A DNA stretch of 64,000 bases, taken from contig OZ253470.1 in NCBI GenBank assembly GCA_965261735.1, positions 864,001 to 928,000 of the forward strand, written 5' to 3'. The stretch comes from Alphaproteobacteria bacterium (GTDB taxonomy: Bacteria > Pseudomonadota > Alphaproteobacteria > SHVV01). Positions 52,784-63,103 of the stretch are shown one piece after another; the first letter of the stretch is position 1, and every line of letters begins with the position of its first letter. Below the pieces are notes generated by a model. The model saw nothing but the letters and a program-made list of their open reading frames with translations, made no database searches and was not told the DNA's origin. The translations under genes were made by a program, and so were the position numbers.

Positions 52784-53716
52784 ATGTCGGAAAGCCCGCC
52801 ACCCGCGCCGCAAGAACGGGTCGGCTTCGTGGCCCGCCATGGCTGGGCCCCCTACCTTTTGGTCACGATGACGATGCTGTTCTTCGCCAGCAACAATGTC
52901 ATCGGCCGCGCCATCCGCGAGGATATCCCGCCCATGGGGCTCGTGTTTTGGCGCAACCTCGCCGCGCTCGCGATCCTCGCCCCGTTCATGTTGTCGCGGC
53001 CGCGCGCCGAGCTGGCATTGGCGCTGCGCCACTGGCGGCTGATGCTCTGGCTCGGGGTCGGCCAGGCCGGCAGTGTCTTCATCTATATCGGCCTGCACAC
53101 CACGACCGCTATCAACACCAGCCTCATCAGCGCCACGCTGCCGGCGTTCACGGTGATCGCCGCATGGCTGCTGGTCGCCGAGCGCATCAACGTCCGTCAG
53201 GGTGTCGGTCTGGTCATCGCCTTCACCGGCGTCGTCCCGATCATCACGCGCGGCGACCTCGGTGCGCTCCTCGCCCTCGACCTCGTTATCGGCGACCTGT
53301 GGGTCCAGATCGCCGTCCTCGGCTGGGCGATGTATGGCGCCCTCGTCCTCCGCCTGCCGACCGCGCTCAACCCCTTCGTTGCCTATTGGGCCATCGCGGT
53401 CGCCGCGCTGGTCGTGATGGCCCCGGGGTACGCCGCCGAGCTCTTGCTTACCGACGGACGCATGGTCTTCGAGGGGGTCACTGTCGTGACGATTCTGTAT
53501 ATGTCCGTCTTCGCCTCGATCCTGTCGCTCGTGTTCCTAAACGTCGCGATCGCGCATATCGGGCCGGTGCGGGCCGGCATGCTGTGCTACGCGACGCCGC
53601 TGTTCACCGCCCTGCTGGCGGTACCCTTCCTCGGCGAGTCGCTGCGGCTCTACCACCTCGTGGGAGCGACCCTGGTGCTGGGCGGCGTGTACATGACAAG
53701 TCGTGCACGCCGCTAG
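52784..53716 (+). CDS. DMT/EamA-family transporter
   Basis: IPP..L.FWR, GLHTTTAIN, GDLW, FLGE; many TM segments. Confidence 0.9.
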   Translation: MSESPPPAPQERVGFVARHGWAPYLLVTMTMLFFASNNVIGRAIREDIPPMGLVFWRNLAALAILAPFMLSRPRAELALALRHWRLMLWLGVGQAGSVFIYIGLHTTTAINTSLISATLPAFTVIAAWLLVAERINVRQGVGLVIAFTGVVPIITRGDLGALLALDLVIGDLWVQIAVLGWAMYGALVLRLPTALNPFVAYWAIAVAALVVMAPGYAAELLLTDGRMVFEGVTVVTILYMSVFASILSLVFLNVAIAHIGPVRAGMLCYATPLFTALLAVPFLGESLRLYHLVGATLVLGGVYMTSRARR

Positions 53717-53817
53717 CCGCCATCGGAGTCCGGCCGCCCTTGCACGAGCTACCCGTCGCGGCCTAGGCTGATGAGCCGGTAACGTGCGAGCTTGTGCGGG
53801 CGAACAAGGAGGCCAGA

Positions 53818-54725
53818 ATGCTCAAATGGATTCTGATCGTCGTCGGGTGGTCGCCATCGTCGTCGTCGGCGCGGTGTTCCTCCTCGTGTCGAACGTCGAC
53901 TCGATCGCCAAGGCGGGAGTCGAGAAGTACGCCTCCGAGGCCGTCAAGGCGAACGTCACCCTCCAGGAAGTGACGATCTCGACCACATCGGGCGAGGGAT
54001 CGCTGCGCGGGCTCAAGGTCGGAAACCCGCAGGGGTTCAATACCGAGAGCGCGATCGAGTTCGGCGAGGTGAGCGTTGCGCTGGACGTCCTGTCGCTCGC
54101 CTCGGATACGGTGGTGATCAAGAGCGTCGTGATCACGGCGCCGCAGGTCACCTATGAAATCGGCGCGGCCGGCAGCAACATCGACGCGCTGCGCAAAAAC
54201 GTTGCCGACTATACCGGTGCCTCGCCGGGAAGCGCCTCGACCGCCGCCGCAAGCGGCGGTGCCGCGGCGGGCGAGGGCGGCCGCAAGCTGGTGATCGAGA
54301 ATCTTTACGTCCGAGATGGCTCCGTCAACGTGAGCGCCACGTTCCTCAAGGGCAAGAAGCTGAGTGCACCCCTGCCTAACATCCACCTCAAGGACATCGG
54401 CAAGGACGGGGGCGGGGCGAGCCCGGCCGAGGTCGCGAAACAGCTGGTCGATGCCCTCGCCAAGGAGTCGGGCGTCGCGGTCACGGCCCTCGACCTGAAC
54501 AAACTCACTGGCGCCGTCGGCAAGGCCGCCGCGGGAGCGGTGGGGGCCGCGATCGGAGCGGCCACCGGGGCTGGCGGCGCGGCCGGCGCGGTGGGGGGCG
54601 CCGCGGGCACCGCCGCCGGCGCCGCCAAGAAGGGCGCCGAGGAGGCGGCTGGTGCGGCCGTCGACGCGGCTAAGAAGGGCGCCGAGAGCGTCACCGGAAC
54701 GCTCAAGAAGCTGCTCGGAAACTAG
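53818..54725 (+). CDS. AsmA/DUF748-like membrane-anchored protein; apparent 1-nt frameshift near start
   Basis: AAGGAGG RBS, MLKWILIVV then one missing G at ~53846 restores GVVAIVV; VGNPQGF, SNIDAL, LPNIHLKDIG. Confidence 0.65.
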
Positions 54726-54764
54726 GGCCACCGCACCGCGGCGCCCGTCGCCGGAATCCCGCCC

Positions 54765-55493
54765 TCAGGGCGACGCCGCGACCTCGGAAATCGCAGCGAT
54801 GCAGGTGGGATCGTCGTTGCGCGGGGCATTCACGTGGGGACTGACGGGGTACGCCCGCAAGCTATCCGGCGCGCTCGGCCTTAGCAGCTCGCGCGCGCCC
54901 TCCACGAGCCAGCGCGCGCAGTCGTCCGGCTCGAGGGCGACGGGCATGCGATCGTGCAGGAACGCCAGGTCTTCACTTCGGCTGGTCGTGATGATCGCGT
55001 AACTGCGGACTTCATCGCCCGGGCCGTAGCCACCATATTCGCCGGTCGGCTGAAGCCCGGCGGGGATCCGCCAGCGCTCCCACACACCGGCGAGCATCAT
55101 GGGCGAGTCGTCGCGACGGACGACCCGATACGGTTGGCGCACCTTGGCGCGCGCTATCCACTCGTAGTAACCGTCGGCCACGACCAGACAGCGTCGCGCT
55201 CGGAACGCCTCTGAAAAGGTGGGCTTTTCGGCCACCGTCTCGGCGCGCGCGTTGATCGCCCGCGACGCCGCCTTGGTGTCCTTGGACCAGGGCGGCAGCA
55301 GCCCCCAGCGGTAGAGCGACAGCCGCCAGCGCTCGCCCACCTTGCGCACGATCGGCGCCGCCTGGGTTGGCGCGATGTTGTAGCGCGGTTGCAGGTTGGG
55401 AATGCCGCCGGAAAGGTCCGCCTCGCCGAGATAGGCGGACAAGTAGTCGTGGATTTCCTGCCATGACCGACCCTCGGTGTAGCGCCCGCACAT
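54765..55493 (-). CDS. SOS response-associated peptidase (SRAP/YedK/HMCES)
   Basis: MCGRY, YNIAPTQ, WGL, INARAET, GYYEW, HDRMP. Confidence 0.93.
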   Translation of the reverse strand: MCGRYTEGRSWQEIHDYLSAYLGEADLSGGIPNLQPRYNIAPTQAAPIVRKVGERWRLSLYRWGLLPPWSKDTKAASRAINARAETVAEKPTFSEAFRARRCLVVADGYYEWIARAKVRQPYRVVRRDDSPMMLAGVWERWRIPAGLQPTGEYGGYGPGDEVRSYAIITTSRSEDLAFLHDRMPVALEPDDCARWLVEGARELLRPSAPDSLRAYPVSPHVNAPRNDDPTCIAAISEVAASP

Positions 55494-55527
55494 CACGTGG
55501 CTCCTGGTGCCGCGCGCGCGATCGGGC

Positions 55528-56580
55528 TCAGGTGGTTCGCATGGGAAGGATCTCCTTCGCCGCAAGCCGTATGCCGGCGCGCGTGTCGGGACCGATCACC
55601 TGATAGAGCACGGGCGTATCGAGGCCGGCGTCGCGATACTCGGCTAGCCTGGCGCGACACTCCTCGGGCGTGCCCGCGACCAGCATCTGATCGATGAACT
55701 CGACGGGGATCGATTCGGCGGCCGCATCCATCTTGCCTTGCGAGGCGTACTTGCCGACCTCGGCCTTGACGCGAGCGAATTCATCGAGGTCCATGCCCGA
55801 GTAGCGCAGCCGTGGGCTTCCGGCTTTGGTCGCCGAGGTCGAGACGGTCTCGCTCAAATAGGAGACGAGAATTCTCCGCGTCGCATCCTTGGCGAGCCGC
55901 GAATCCTCGTGGATCGAGAAGGTGATGTAGGAGCTGAGATCGAAGTCGGCCGGCGTGCGTCCGCTCGCCTCGAGCCCGGCATCGACCTGCTCGCGCACGT
56001 AGCCCACGAAGCCCGGCGTCGAGAACATGCCGAGCACCGCGCCGTCGGCGACGCGGCCCGCGAGCTGAAGGGACTTCGGCCCCATGCCGCCAATGTAGAT
56101 GGGGATGTTGCGCCGCGGCGGTACGAACCCGAGTGCCGTTCCTGGTGGAGTGATCTTGAAGAAGCGACCGTCGTAGACGACCTTCTCTCCCGAGAGGAAC
56201 GCGCGCACGAGCTCGATGGCCTCGCGCAGCGATACCGCCGGCTTGGCGTCCGCCACGCCCTGGCGGTCGACGGCGATCTGGCTGATGCCGAGCCCGAGGC
56301 GCAACCGCGCGCCTGAGAGCTCGTCCAGCGTCGCCGCCTCCATGGCGATAAGCCCGGGATGGCGGGAGAACGGGCTGATGATGCCGAGGCCGATCGGCAT
56401 TCGCTCGGTGGCCGCGACCACCGCCGAAGCGGCGGAGATCAGGCCCCGATTGTAGTAGGCCTCGGCGATCCAGAAGCCGTCGAAGCCCTCCGCCTCGGCG
56501 ATGCGGGCATAGTCGACGATGTCCGGGATGCGGTGAATGGTGGCAAACGCGATATCGATCGCGCCGAACCCCTTCGCCAT
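55528..56580 (-). CDS. LLM-class (Mer-like) oxidoreductase
   Basis: RHP..IAM.AATLDELSG.R..LGLG, PIYIGGMGP, AGRVADG, GTPEEC. Confidence 0.9.
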   Translation of the reverse strand: MAKGFGAIDIAFATIHRIPDIVDYARIAEAEGFDGFWIAEAYYNRGLISAASAVVAATERMPIGLGIISPFSRHPGLIAMEAATLDELSGARLRLGLGISQIAVDRQGVADAKPAVSLREAIELVRAFLSGEKVVYDGRFFKITPPGTALGFVPPRRNIPIYIGGMGPKSLQLAGRVADGAVLGMFSTPGFVGYVREQVDAGLEASGRTPADFDLSSYITFSIHEDSRLAKDATRRILVSYLSETVSTSATKAGSPRLRYSGMDLDEFARVKAEVGKYASQGKMDAAAESIPVEFIDQMLVAGTPEECRARLAEYRDAGLDTPVLYQVIGPDTRAGIRLAAKEILPMRTT

Positions 56581-56743
56581 GGCTCCTCCCCTTGCAAGCC
56601 GCCCGACGGCCCAAATACCCGTTCGGCGGCCCGTACGTGTGGGCGGCGGCGCGCACCGCGCCCTCGGTTGCTTGGTATCTTACGGTTTTGGCGGGTAAGC
56701 TAAACAAGACTCTTTGCGGGCACGCGGTCCCATAGGAGAATAC

Positions 56744-57616
56744 ATGAAGGTCGGATTGCACGTCGTGAACTTCACGTTGCCCGACGGCGCGGCCGCGATC
56801 GCGCCGACACTGAGCGGGATTGCCGAGGCGGCCGAGGCTGTCGGCGTCTCGTCGCTGTCGGTCATGGATCACTATTTCCAGATGGAGATGCTGGGTCCGG
56901 AAAACGGCATGCTGGAGGGCTATACGACCCTCGGCTTCCTCGCCGCGAGGACGCGCGCGTTGAAGCTCGGCCTTCTGGTTACGGGCGTGACCTACCGCCC
57001 GCCCGGGCTGCTGGCCAAGATCGTCACGACCCTTGACGTGCTCTCGGGTGGCCGCGCCGAACTCGGTATCGGCGCCGCATGGTACGAGCGCGAGCATCGC
57101 GGGCTCGGTGTCGACTTCCCCCCGCTGGCCGAGCGGTTCGAGCGCCTCGAGGAGACGCTGCAGATATGCCTGCAGATGTGGAGTGACGACAATGGCCCCT
57201 TCGAGGGCACCCACTACAAGCTCGCGGAAACCTTGAACGTGCCCCAGAGCCTGCAGCGTCCCCACCCGCCGATTCTTATCGGCGGTGGCGGCGAACGGAA
57301 GACGCTGCGCCTGGTCGCCAAGTACGCCAACGCCTGCAACCTCTTCACCGGCGACGGCGCCGACGGCGTGCGCCATAAGCTCGAGGTACTGCGCCGCCAC
57401 TGCGACGCCGAGGGCCGCGACTACGACAGGATCGCGAAGACAATTCTATACACCAATCCCGCGCCCGGCGGAGATGAGGCCGGCGCGTTCGCCAAGGAGA
57501 TGGAGGCCTATGCCAACCTCGGCGTCGAAGCCGTTATGCTGATGCCGTTCGGCGACCATCCGGTCGAGGTGGCCGCCAATCTTGGGCCCGTGGTAGCGCG
57601 CCTCGGAGAACTCTAG
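56744..57616 (+). CDS. LLM-class F420-dependent oxidoreductase (TIGR03560-like)
   Basis: VMDHYFQ, LEGYTTLGFLA, TGVTYR, GIGAAWYEREH, GGGGERKTLRLVA. Confidence 0.88.
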   Translation: MKVGLHVVNFTLPDGAAAIAPTLSGIAEAAEAVGVSSLSVMDHYFQMEMLGPENGMLEGYTTLGFLAARTRALKLGLLVTGVTYRPPGLLAKIVTTLDVLSGGRAELGIGAAWYEREHRGLGVDFPPLAERFERLEETLQICLQMWSDDNGPFEGTHYKLAETLNVPQSLQRPHPPILIGGGGERKTLRLVAKYANACNLFTGDGADGVRHKLEVLRRHCDAEGRDYDRIAKTILYTNPAPGGDEAGAFAKEMEAYANLGVEAVMLMPFGDHPVEVAANLGPVVARLGEL

Positions 57617-57673
57617 GCCGCGCCCGACGCCCTGTGCGCGACAGGCCCGGCAAACAGCAGCTGGAACGACCCT

Positions 57674-57883
57674 CTAGTTTTCGACCACCAAGTTGGTCGC
57701 CGCCTGCCGCCCGTTGCGACCGGGTTCGAGCTCATATTTGAGCTTCTGGCCCTCTTGGAGATCATCGAGACCGGCTTGCTCGACGGCCGAGATATGGACG
57801 AACGCATCCTGCGAACCGTCTTCCGGGGAGATGAAGCCGTAACCCTTGATTCGATTGAACCACTTGACCGTTCCGGTGGGCAT
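57674..57883 (-). CDS. cspA: Cold-shock protein
   Basis: GTVKWFN..KGYGFI, FVHISA, 69 aa. Confidence 0.95.
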   Translation of the reverse strand: MPTGTVKWFNRIKGYGFISPEDGSQDAFVHISAVEQAGLDDLQEGQKLKYELEPGRNGRQAATNLVVEN

Positions 57884-58126
57884 GCGTCTTTCCTTCTGCT
57901 GTGTGGGTTGCGGCTCTCGGCCTTGCATTAAGCGGTGTTTAGGCTCGACGTTGTCCGCGGTGTGGCGCGCTGAGCGCTGTCGGCTACGCTGCATAGCGGC
58001 GGTCTGCCGACCCGGGTAGGCTAATATAATCCGCCCTGGATGCAAGTGGATTCGACCGCGCGGGCGCGCGGGCTCGTGGTCACAAAGGGGATGCGCCGGC
58101 CGAGCCCTCGTGGCACGGTGCGAGCC

Positions 58127-58915
58127 ATGACGGATGCGCCCGTTCGGCGGGCAGACGGCTTGCGCCTCTTTGCAATCACCTGCGGCTGGCTGACGGCGCC
58201 GGGGTGGGCGCTGCTCGACGGCGAGGACGACCGCATCCGTATTCCGGTCCCCTGCTACCTGATCGACCATCCCAAGGGAAGGATCCTTTTCGACAGCGGG
58301 CTCAGCCTGGGTTCATGTGGCAACGCGCGCGACTACCTGGGCCCCCTGGGCGAGAATTTCGATGTTCACTTCGAGCCGTCGGAGGCGATTTCGAGCCGTC
58401 TCGCGGCGATGGAGATCGATGTCGGCGACATCACCCTCGTGGTGACTTCGCATCTCCATTTCGACCACGCCGGCGGGCTTGCGCAGTTCCCCAACGTGCC
58501 GGTGCTCGTCCAGCGACGCGAGTGGCAGGCCGGAGCGGAACCCGACCTTGTCGCCGCCAACAACTACCTCGCCGCCGACTACGATCTCGGCCACGACGTC
58601 ATCCAGGTCGACGGCGAGCACGACCTGTTCGGCGATGGCAGCATCGTCTGCATGCCGACCTACGGCCACACGCCAGGGCACCAGTCGCTGCGGGTGAGGC
58701 TTGGGTCCGGTGAGGTCGTGATCGCGGGCGATGCGTGCAAGGTGCGGAAAACGCTCGAGTCCCTGCACCTTCCGCGCTATGGGCACGACAAGAACGCGAT
58801 GCGGGCAGCACTCGAGGACCTGCGTGCACTGGCGCGCCGCGGCGCGCGCATCTTCTACGGCCACGATCCCGACTTTTGGCGCACCGTGCCGCAGGCGCCG
58901 GCCGAGATTCGCTAG
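58127..58915 (+). CDS. N-acyl homoserine lactonase-family metallo-hydrolase
   Basis: YLIDHP.G.ILFD.G, SHLHFDHAGG, GHTPGHQS, GHDP. Confidence 0.88.
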   Translation: MTDAPVRRADGLRLFAITCGWLTAPGWALLDGEDDRIRIPVPCYLIDHPKGRILFDSGLSLGSCGNARDYLGPLGENFDVHFEPSEAISSRLAAMEIDVGDITLVVTSHLHFDHAGGLAQFPNVPVLVQRREWQAGAEPDLVAANNYLAADYDLGHDVIQVDGEHDLFGDGSIVCMPTYGHTPGHQSLRVRLGSGEVVIAGDACKVRKTLESLHLPRYGHDKNAMRAALEDLRALARRGARIFYGHDPDFWRTVPQAPAEIR

Positions 58916-58972
58916 GGCTTTGTGTTTCGAGCACCCCGGCCAAACAGGGGTGTCCAGGTCCTGGAGCCTAGG

Positions 58973-59362
58973 TTACATCGAGACGATGCGCTCGACCCGG
59001 GTTCGGACGACCAGCCGCTTGTTTCCCGTCCGCCACGGATATTCGTCGAGGTCGAGGAAGCGCTTGGCGAGCTTGTCGATCTGCTCATCGGCGCCGTCCT
59101 CGGTGATCGTGGCGGTGCCGTGGGAGACGGCGTGGGTTTGCGGGGAGTTGTGGTCTTGCACGGAGATGACGATGCGCGGGTCGCGCCGGAGGTTCCGTGT
59201 CTTGACCCGCCCCTCCTCGGTGTTGAAGAGGACGTCGTTTCCGTCCACGTCCACCCACACCATGGTCACCTGGGGTGTGCCGTCCGGATTGATGGTCACG
59301 ACGTGGCCGTAGGCCTTGTCGGTGAGCAGCTTCTTGATCGATTCGGAAAGCTCGATTGACAT
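58973..59362 (-). CDS. PPOX-class F420-dependent oxidoreductase-like protein
   Basis: TINPDGTPQVTMVW, NT..GR.K.RNLRRDPR, IDKLAKR. Confidence 0.88.
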   Translation of the reverse strand: MSIELSESIKKLLTDKAYGHVVTINPDGTPQVTMVWVDVDGNDVLFNTEEGRVKTRNLRRDPRIVISVQDHNSPQTHAVSHGTATITEDGADEQIDKLAKRFLDLDEYPWRTGNKRLVVRTRVERIVSM

Positions 59363-59392
59363 GACGCTCCTCCTGGGGATTCTCCGGCGCCG

Positions 59393-60238
59393 CTAGTACG
59401 GGCGGTCGCCCTTGACGGTGACCCGATAGCCGTGCCGCACCCGGGGGTAGTAGTCCCACAGGGCATGATGCTGGGTGCACCGGTTGTCCCAAAAGGCCAT
59501 CGATTTCGGGCGCCAGTGAAAACGGCAATGAAACTCGGGCGTCGTCACGTGATCGTACAGGAACGCGAGCAGCGCCGCGCGCTCCTTGGGCTTCATGTCC
59601 TTGATCCGGGTCGTGAACACCTGGTTGACGTAAAGCACCTTGCGGCCCGTCACCGGGTGGGTGCGCACCATCGGGTGCTCGGCCGTCGGATAGCCACTGT
59701 CGCGCAAAGTCGCGTCGCCGTAGCGGTGCCGGTAGGCGTGCTCGGAGCCGTGGACGGCGGTGAGGCCGGAGAGGAAGCTCTGCATCTGGTCCGACAGCGC
59801 CTCGAAGGCGGCGTACATGTTGGCGAACAGGGTATCGCCGCCGGGCTCCGGCACCTCGTGGAGTTGCAGGATGCTGCCCATCGGCGGCTCGACGTCGCAG
59901 GAGACGTCCGAGTGCCAGTCCTCGCCGGCGGTGAATTTCGAGTCGGCATCGGCATGGACGACGAAAATCTCGCGATGACCCGCGAGCGGCGCCGCCGCCG
60001 GGTGGACGTGCAGATCGCCGAAGAGGCGCCCGAACGCCATGTGCTGCTCGAGCGTGATGTCCTGATCGCGAAAGAAGATGACCAGGTGACGCATCAGCGC
60101 GTCGTGGATTTCCGCCCGGCGCTGCGGGTCCAGGGGCTGCGACAAATCCACGCCCGAGACTTCGGCCCCGATCACCGGCGATAGCGGCCGCACCTCGATG
60201 GGCTCGTTCGTCATGGTTCGTTCAGCGACGGCGCTCAT
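59393..60238 (-). CDS. TauD/TfdA-family 2OG-Fe(II) dioxygenase
   Basis: WHSDVS, GGDTLFA, HP.VRTHP, FWDNRCTQH. Confidence 0.93.
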   Translation of the reverse strand: MSAVAERTMTNEPIEVRPLSPVIGAEVSGVDLSQPLDPQRRAEIHDALMRHLVIFFRDQDITLEQHMAFGRLFGDLHVHPAAAPLAGHREIFVVHADADSKFTAGEDWHSDVSCDVEPPMGSILQLHEVPEPGGDTLFANMYAAFEALSDQMQSFLSGLTAVHGSEHAYRHRYGDATLRDSGYPTAEHPMVRTHPVTGRKVLYVNQVFTTRIKDMKPKERAALLAFLYDHVTTPEFHCRFHWRPKSMAFWDNRCTQHHALWDYYPRVRHGYRVTVKGDRPY

Positions 60239-60254
60239 CTCGCCTCCTATCTGG

Positions 60255-62436
60255 CTAGATCGAGGGCGATCTTACACGGCCAAGGTGCGGCCGTGAAGTC
60301 GCGCGGCCCGCGAGCGCGGCTAACGAAGGTTCCGTGAAAGGCCAGGGGGTGGGGTCCACCGCGACGAGGCGCAGTTCGCTCGAGTAGCGATTCCCCTCGG
60401 CGTCGGTGAGCCAGCACTCGCCCGGGTTCGGCAGCATCTCGGTCACTGTCAACACCGTGCGCGGGTTGTCGACGGCACCCTTGCGGATCAGCTTGGAGGC
60501 CCCGTCCACGGAGATCGAGCTACAGAAATCGAGGTAGATCGGCTTTCGCTCATAGGGTAAGCGGACAAACACCCAGCGCGGAAGGGCGTGAAGCCGCATC
60601 CACCGGCGCGCCTCGACGAAGCGATCGGCGCTCGTCTTGGCGAACGCGAATTCCATGTCGCCACAGGGAATGCACCACATCTCGCGCGACACGACGCGCT
60701 TGTCGACCTGGATGCGCGGCGCGTGCGGCAGAGGCTGAAGAAGCGAGAAGCTGGTAGCGCACAGGTGCCCGATAACGCTGCGCAGGAATTCGCTGATGTG
60801 GAAGCGCTGGCCGGTGGCCCGGTTAACGACGATCAATCCTTCCGACCCCTCTTCCACAATAAGGTTGCCCACCGGCAAAACCCGATGCTCCGCGCGCCAG
60901 GACGGCGCATCGTCAACAGCGACGTGATAGTCGTCCGGATCAAGTGAACCGGGAGCGACCCGCGCGCCAGGGTGATTTCGGGGAATGACCTGATGTATCG
61001 GCGGGCGCCCGATGTCCTCAGCGACGAGCCTGGCCAGGTCGTGCGGTCGCGGGTGCGTCGCGGCAAACAACGGCTGCATCGCCGTGTTGGACTCGGCGTG
61101 GACCTCCCCTAGCACGAACCGAAAACGGCCGTTGAGAAGGCTCTCGACGCCATCGGCGGCGATGAGAACATCAGGCGAGTGATACCTGGCACTAGGCCAC
61201 GGCGGGGCAGACTCCGGGAAACCGGCAAGAACCCGGTCGCGAAGCGTTTGCGCCGTCACCTCCACGCGCCGAGCCCCCTCGTCGACATTGAGGATAGACA
61301 TCCAGCGCTCATTAACGGCCGCCGCCGCCGTGCGCACGATGGCGGCGCCGGCGCGTGAGTTCGCCGTGTTGAACATGAGGTGCTCGAGCCACACGGGCCC
61401 GCCTGAAACGCGTTTCGCGCACTCCTCGAAGGCGCGCTCGAGGTGCACCTCCAGCTCGGCGCCAATGGCGGAGACGTACCAGGCCGCGCTCCTGAGGACC
61501 AACGCCAGAGGCGGCCCGAGGTCGCGCGCCCAATCCGGGCCCAGCGTGACCTCGACGTTTCTCCGACGGTCCTCGTAGAGGAGCGTGCGGCCGGCGTAGG
61601 CCAAACCCCCATGCCGTACCGGCTTTCCCCCCGTGAGGCGCTCGAAGCTCGCTTCGAGCGCGGCCATCGCCGCATCGTTGGCGATCGCGGCCGAGCTGGG
61701 CGGCGACGGCGTCTATGGCCCAGTGCTCGAAGCTGACGCGGCAGTCGGCGATCAGGCTGCTTCCCGGCGTGACCGCAACGGGTGGGCCCGCACATGCCCA
61801 TTCGGCCCAGCCGACGGGGCCAAAGAAAACCCAATCGTTTCGTTCTTGGCGGCGTAGCGCTGAATGTAGCTTGCGACCAACGCTTCCTTTTGCCGGGTCG
61901 AGGAGTTTCGGGCCTGCGCGGCTCGCAACAGCGGATCTAGGGCAGTCTTCAATGCCCGGCGGTTCTGCCAGATGAGCGCCTCGCGGAACCGGGAATCGCG
62001 CGCCACGTCGCGCAACACCTCGGACGTGCGCTCGATGGCCTCGGCAACCCGCTCGCGCGCGGCGAGCTGGGCCTGATCGCGTGCGCCGTGCGCATCCGAC
62101 AGGGCGGCCAAGAGGCGGCTGTCGGTCCCACGCGGTAGCGCCTCGGGAAGCCTATCCTTGCCCAACAAGCGTATCGCTCGGGGAAGCTCCATGCCGGCCT
62201 CCCGGCGCGCGGTTCGGGCGATCTGGTAGCACTCCGCGAGTGCGGCGTCTCGGACCCGCTGCCACGCCTCGTCCCGATCGAGGTAGGCATCGACCGCCGC
62301 GGCCGAAGCCTCCGCCGCGATCGGATCGAGCGAGTGAATCGGAAATCCGGCGCTGCGCAGGCACACCGTGCGCCACAGGAGCCATCCGTCATCGATCCCT
62401 ATGACGTGCTCGGCGATGGCTCGCTTGGTCGTTCAC
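60255..62436 (-). pseudogene. Small LanB / PEARL-like (lantibiotic dehydratase glutamylation-domain-only) gene, disrupted
   Basis: W...CLRSAGFP, FREALIWQN, YIQRYAAKNETIGF/FGPVGW, YHSPD, FVLGEVH, ERKP.Y.DF, EMLP.P...WL....RYSSELR; frame breaks ~62415-62435, ~61828, ~61680. Confidence 0.82.
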
Positions 62437-62574
62437 GGCTGGTGCCTGGGTGTGCGGGTCAAGCCGCATCCTGCCGCCTCGACGATACCGCAATCTGGGG
62501 TTTCGGGAGATGGCGATCGGTCCTACAATTCGAGCGGCGCGCAGGAGTGGCGATTAGGGGCTGGAAGCAAGGGT

Positions 62575-63051
62575 ATGGCGGACAAGCTCGACATCGGTGA
62601 TGCGTTCCCGAGCCTCGCGCTCAATCTCGCCGACGGCCGCTCCATCACTGTTCCCGACGATCTCGGCGGGCTCTACCGCGTCATCCTCCTCTACCGCGGC
62701 CATTGGTGACCGTACTGCCGCCGGCAGTTGGCCGGCTTCGAAGAGCAAAAGAGTGAGCTCGCGGCGCTGCGCGTGAGCGTGCTCGCGGGCAGCGTCGATC
62801 CAATCGACAAGGCGCGCGAGGTCGCGGCCGAGTTTTCCTTTCCCGTCGCCTACGGTGTACCGAGGCAGACCGCCGATAGGGTGGGAGCCTGGTGGGAGGA
62901 CCGCCGCAGCATCATTCAGCCGTCCGAGTTCCTGATCGGCGAAGACGGAAGGGTCGTGGACTCGTCCTACAGCGCGGGACCGCTAGGGCGCTTCACCGCC
63001 GCGGACGTGATTTCGCACGTCAAGTTCCACGAGGCACGCAAACAGGCATAG
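62575..63051 (+). CDS. AhpC/TSA peroxiredoxin-like selenoprotein (UxxC; Sec at 62707-62709)
   Basis: ...ILLYRGHW-TGA-PYCRRQL... continues in frame through SVDP and QPSEFLI; TGA at the first Cys of the thioredoxin-fold CxxC. Confidence 0.88.
62710..62736 (+). promoter_or_regulatory. Bacterial SECIS-like hairpin
   Basis: GCCGGC-AGTTG-GCCGGC; apical loop starts 16 nt after UGA and has GU at loop positions 2-3. Confidence 0.72.
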
Positions 63052-63103
63052 GCGGTCCCACGGCGCCGTGCTGTAATGGGCGAAATCAAACATGGGTGCC
63101 GCC

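Noticed and set aside
62436-62575. Precursor/scaffold peptide gene for the PEARL-like enzyme
   Set aside because: No convincing small ORF with an RBS in this short divergent intergenic region
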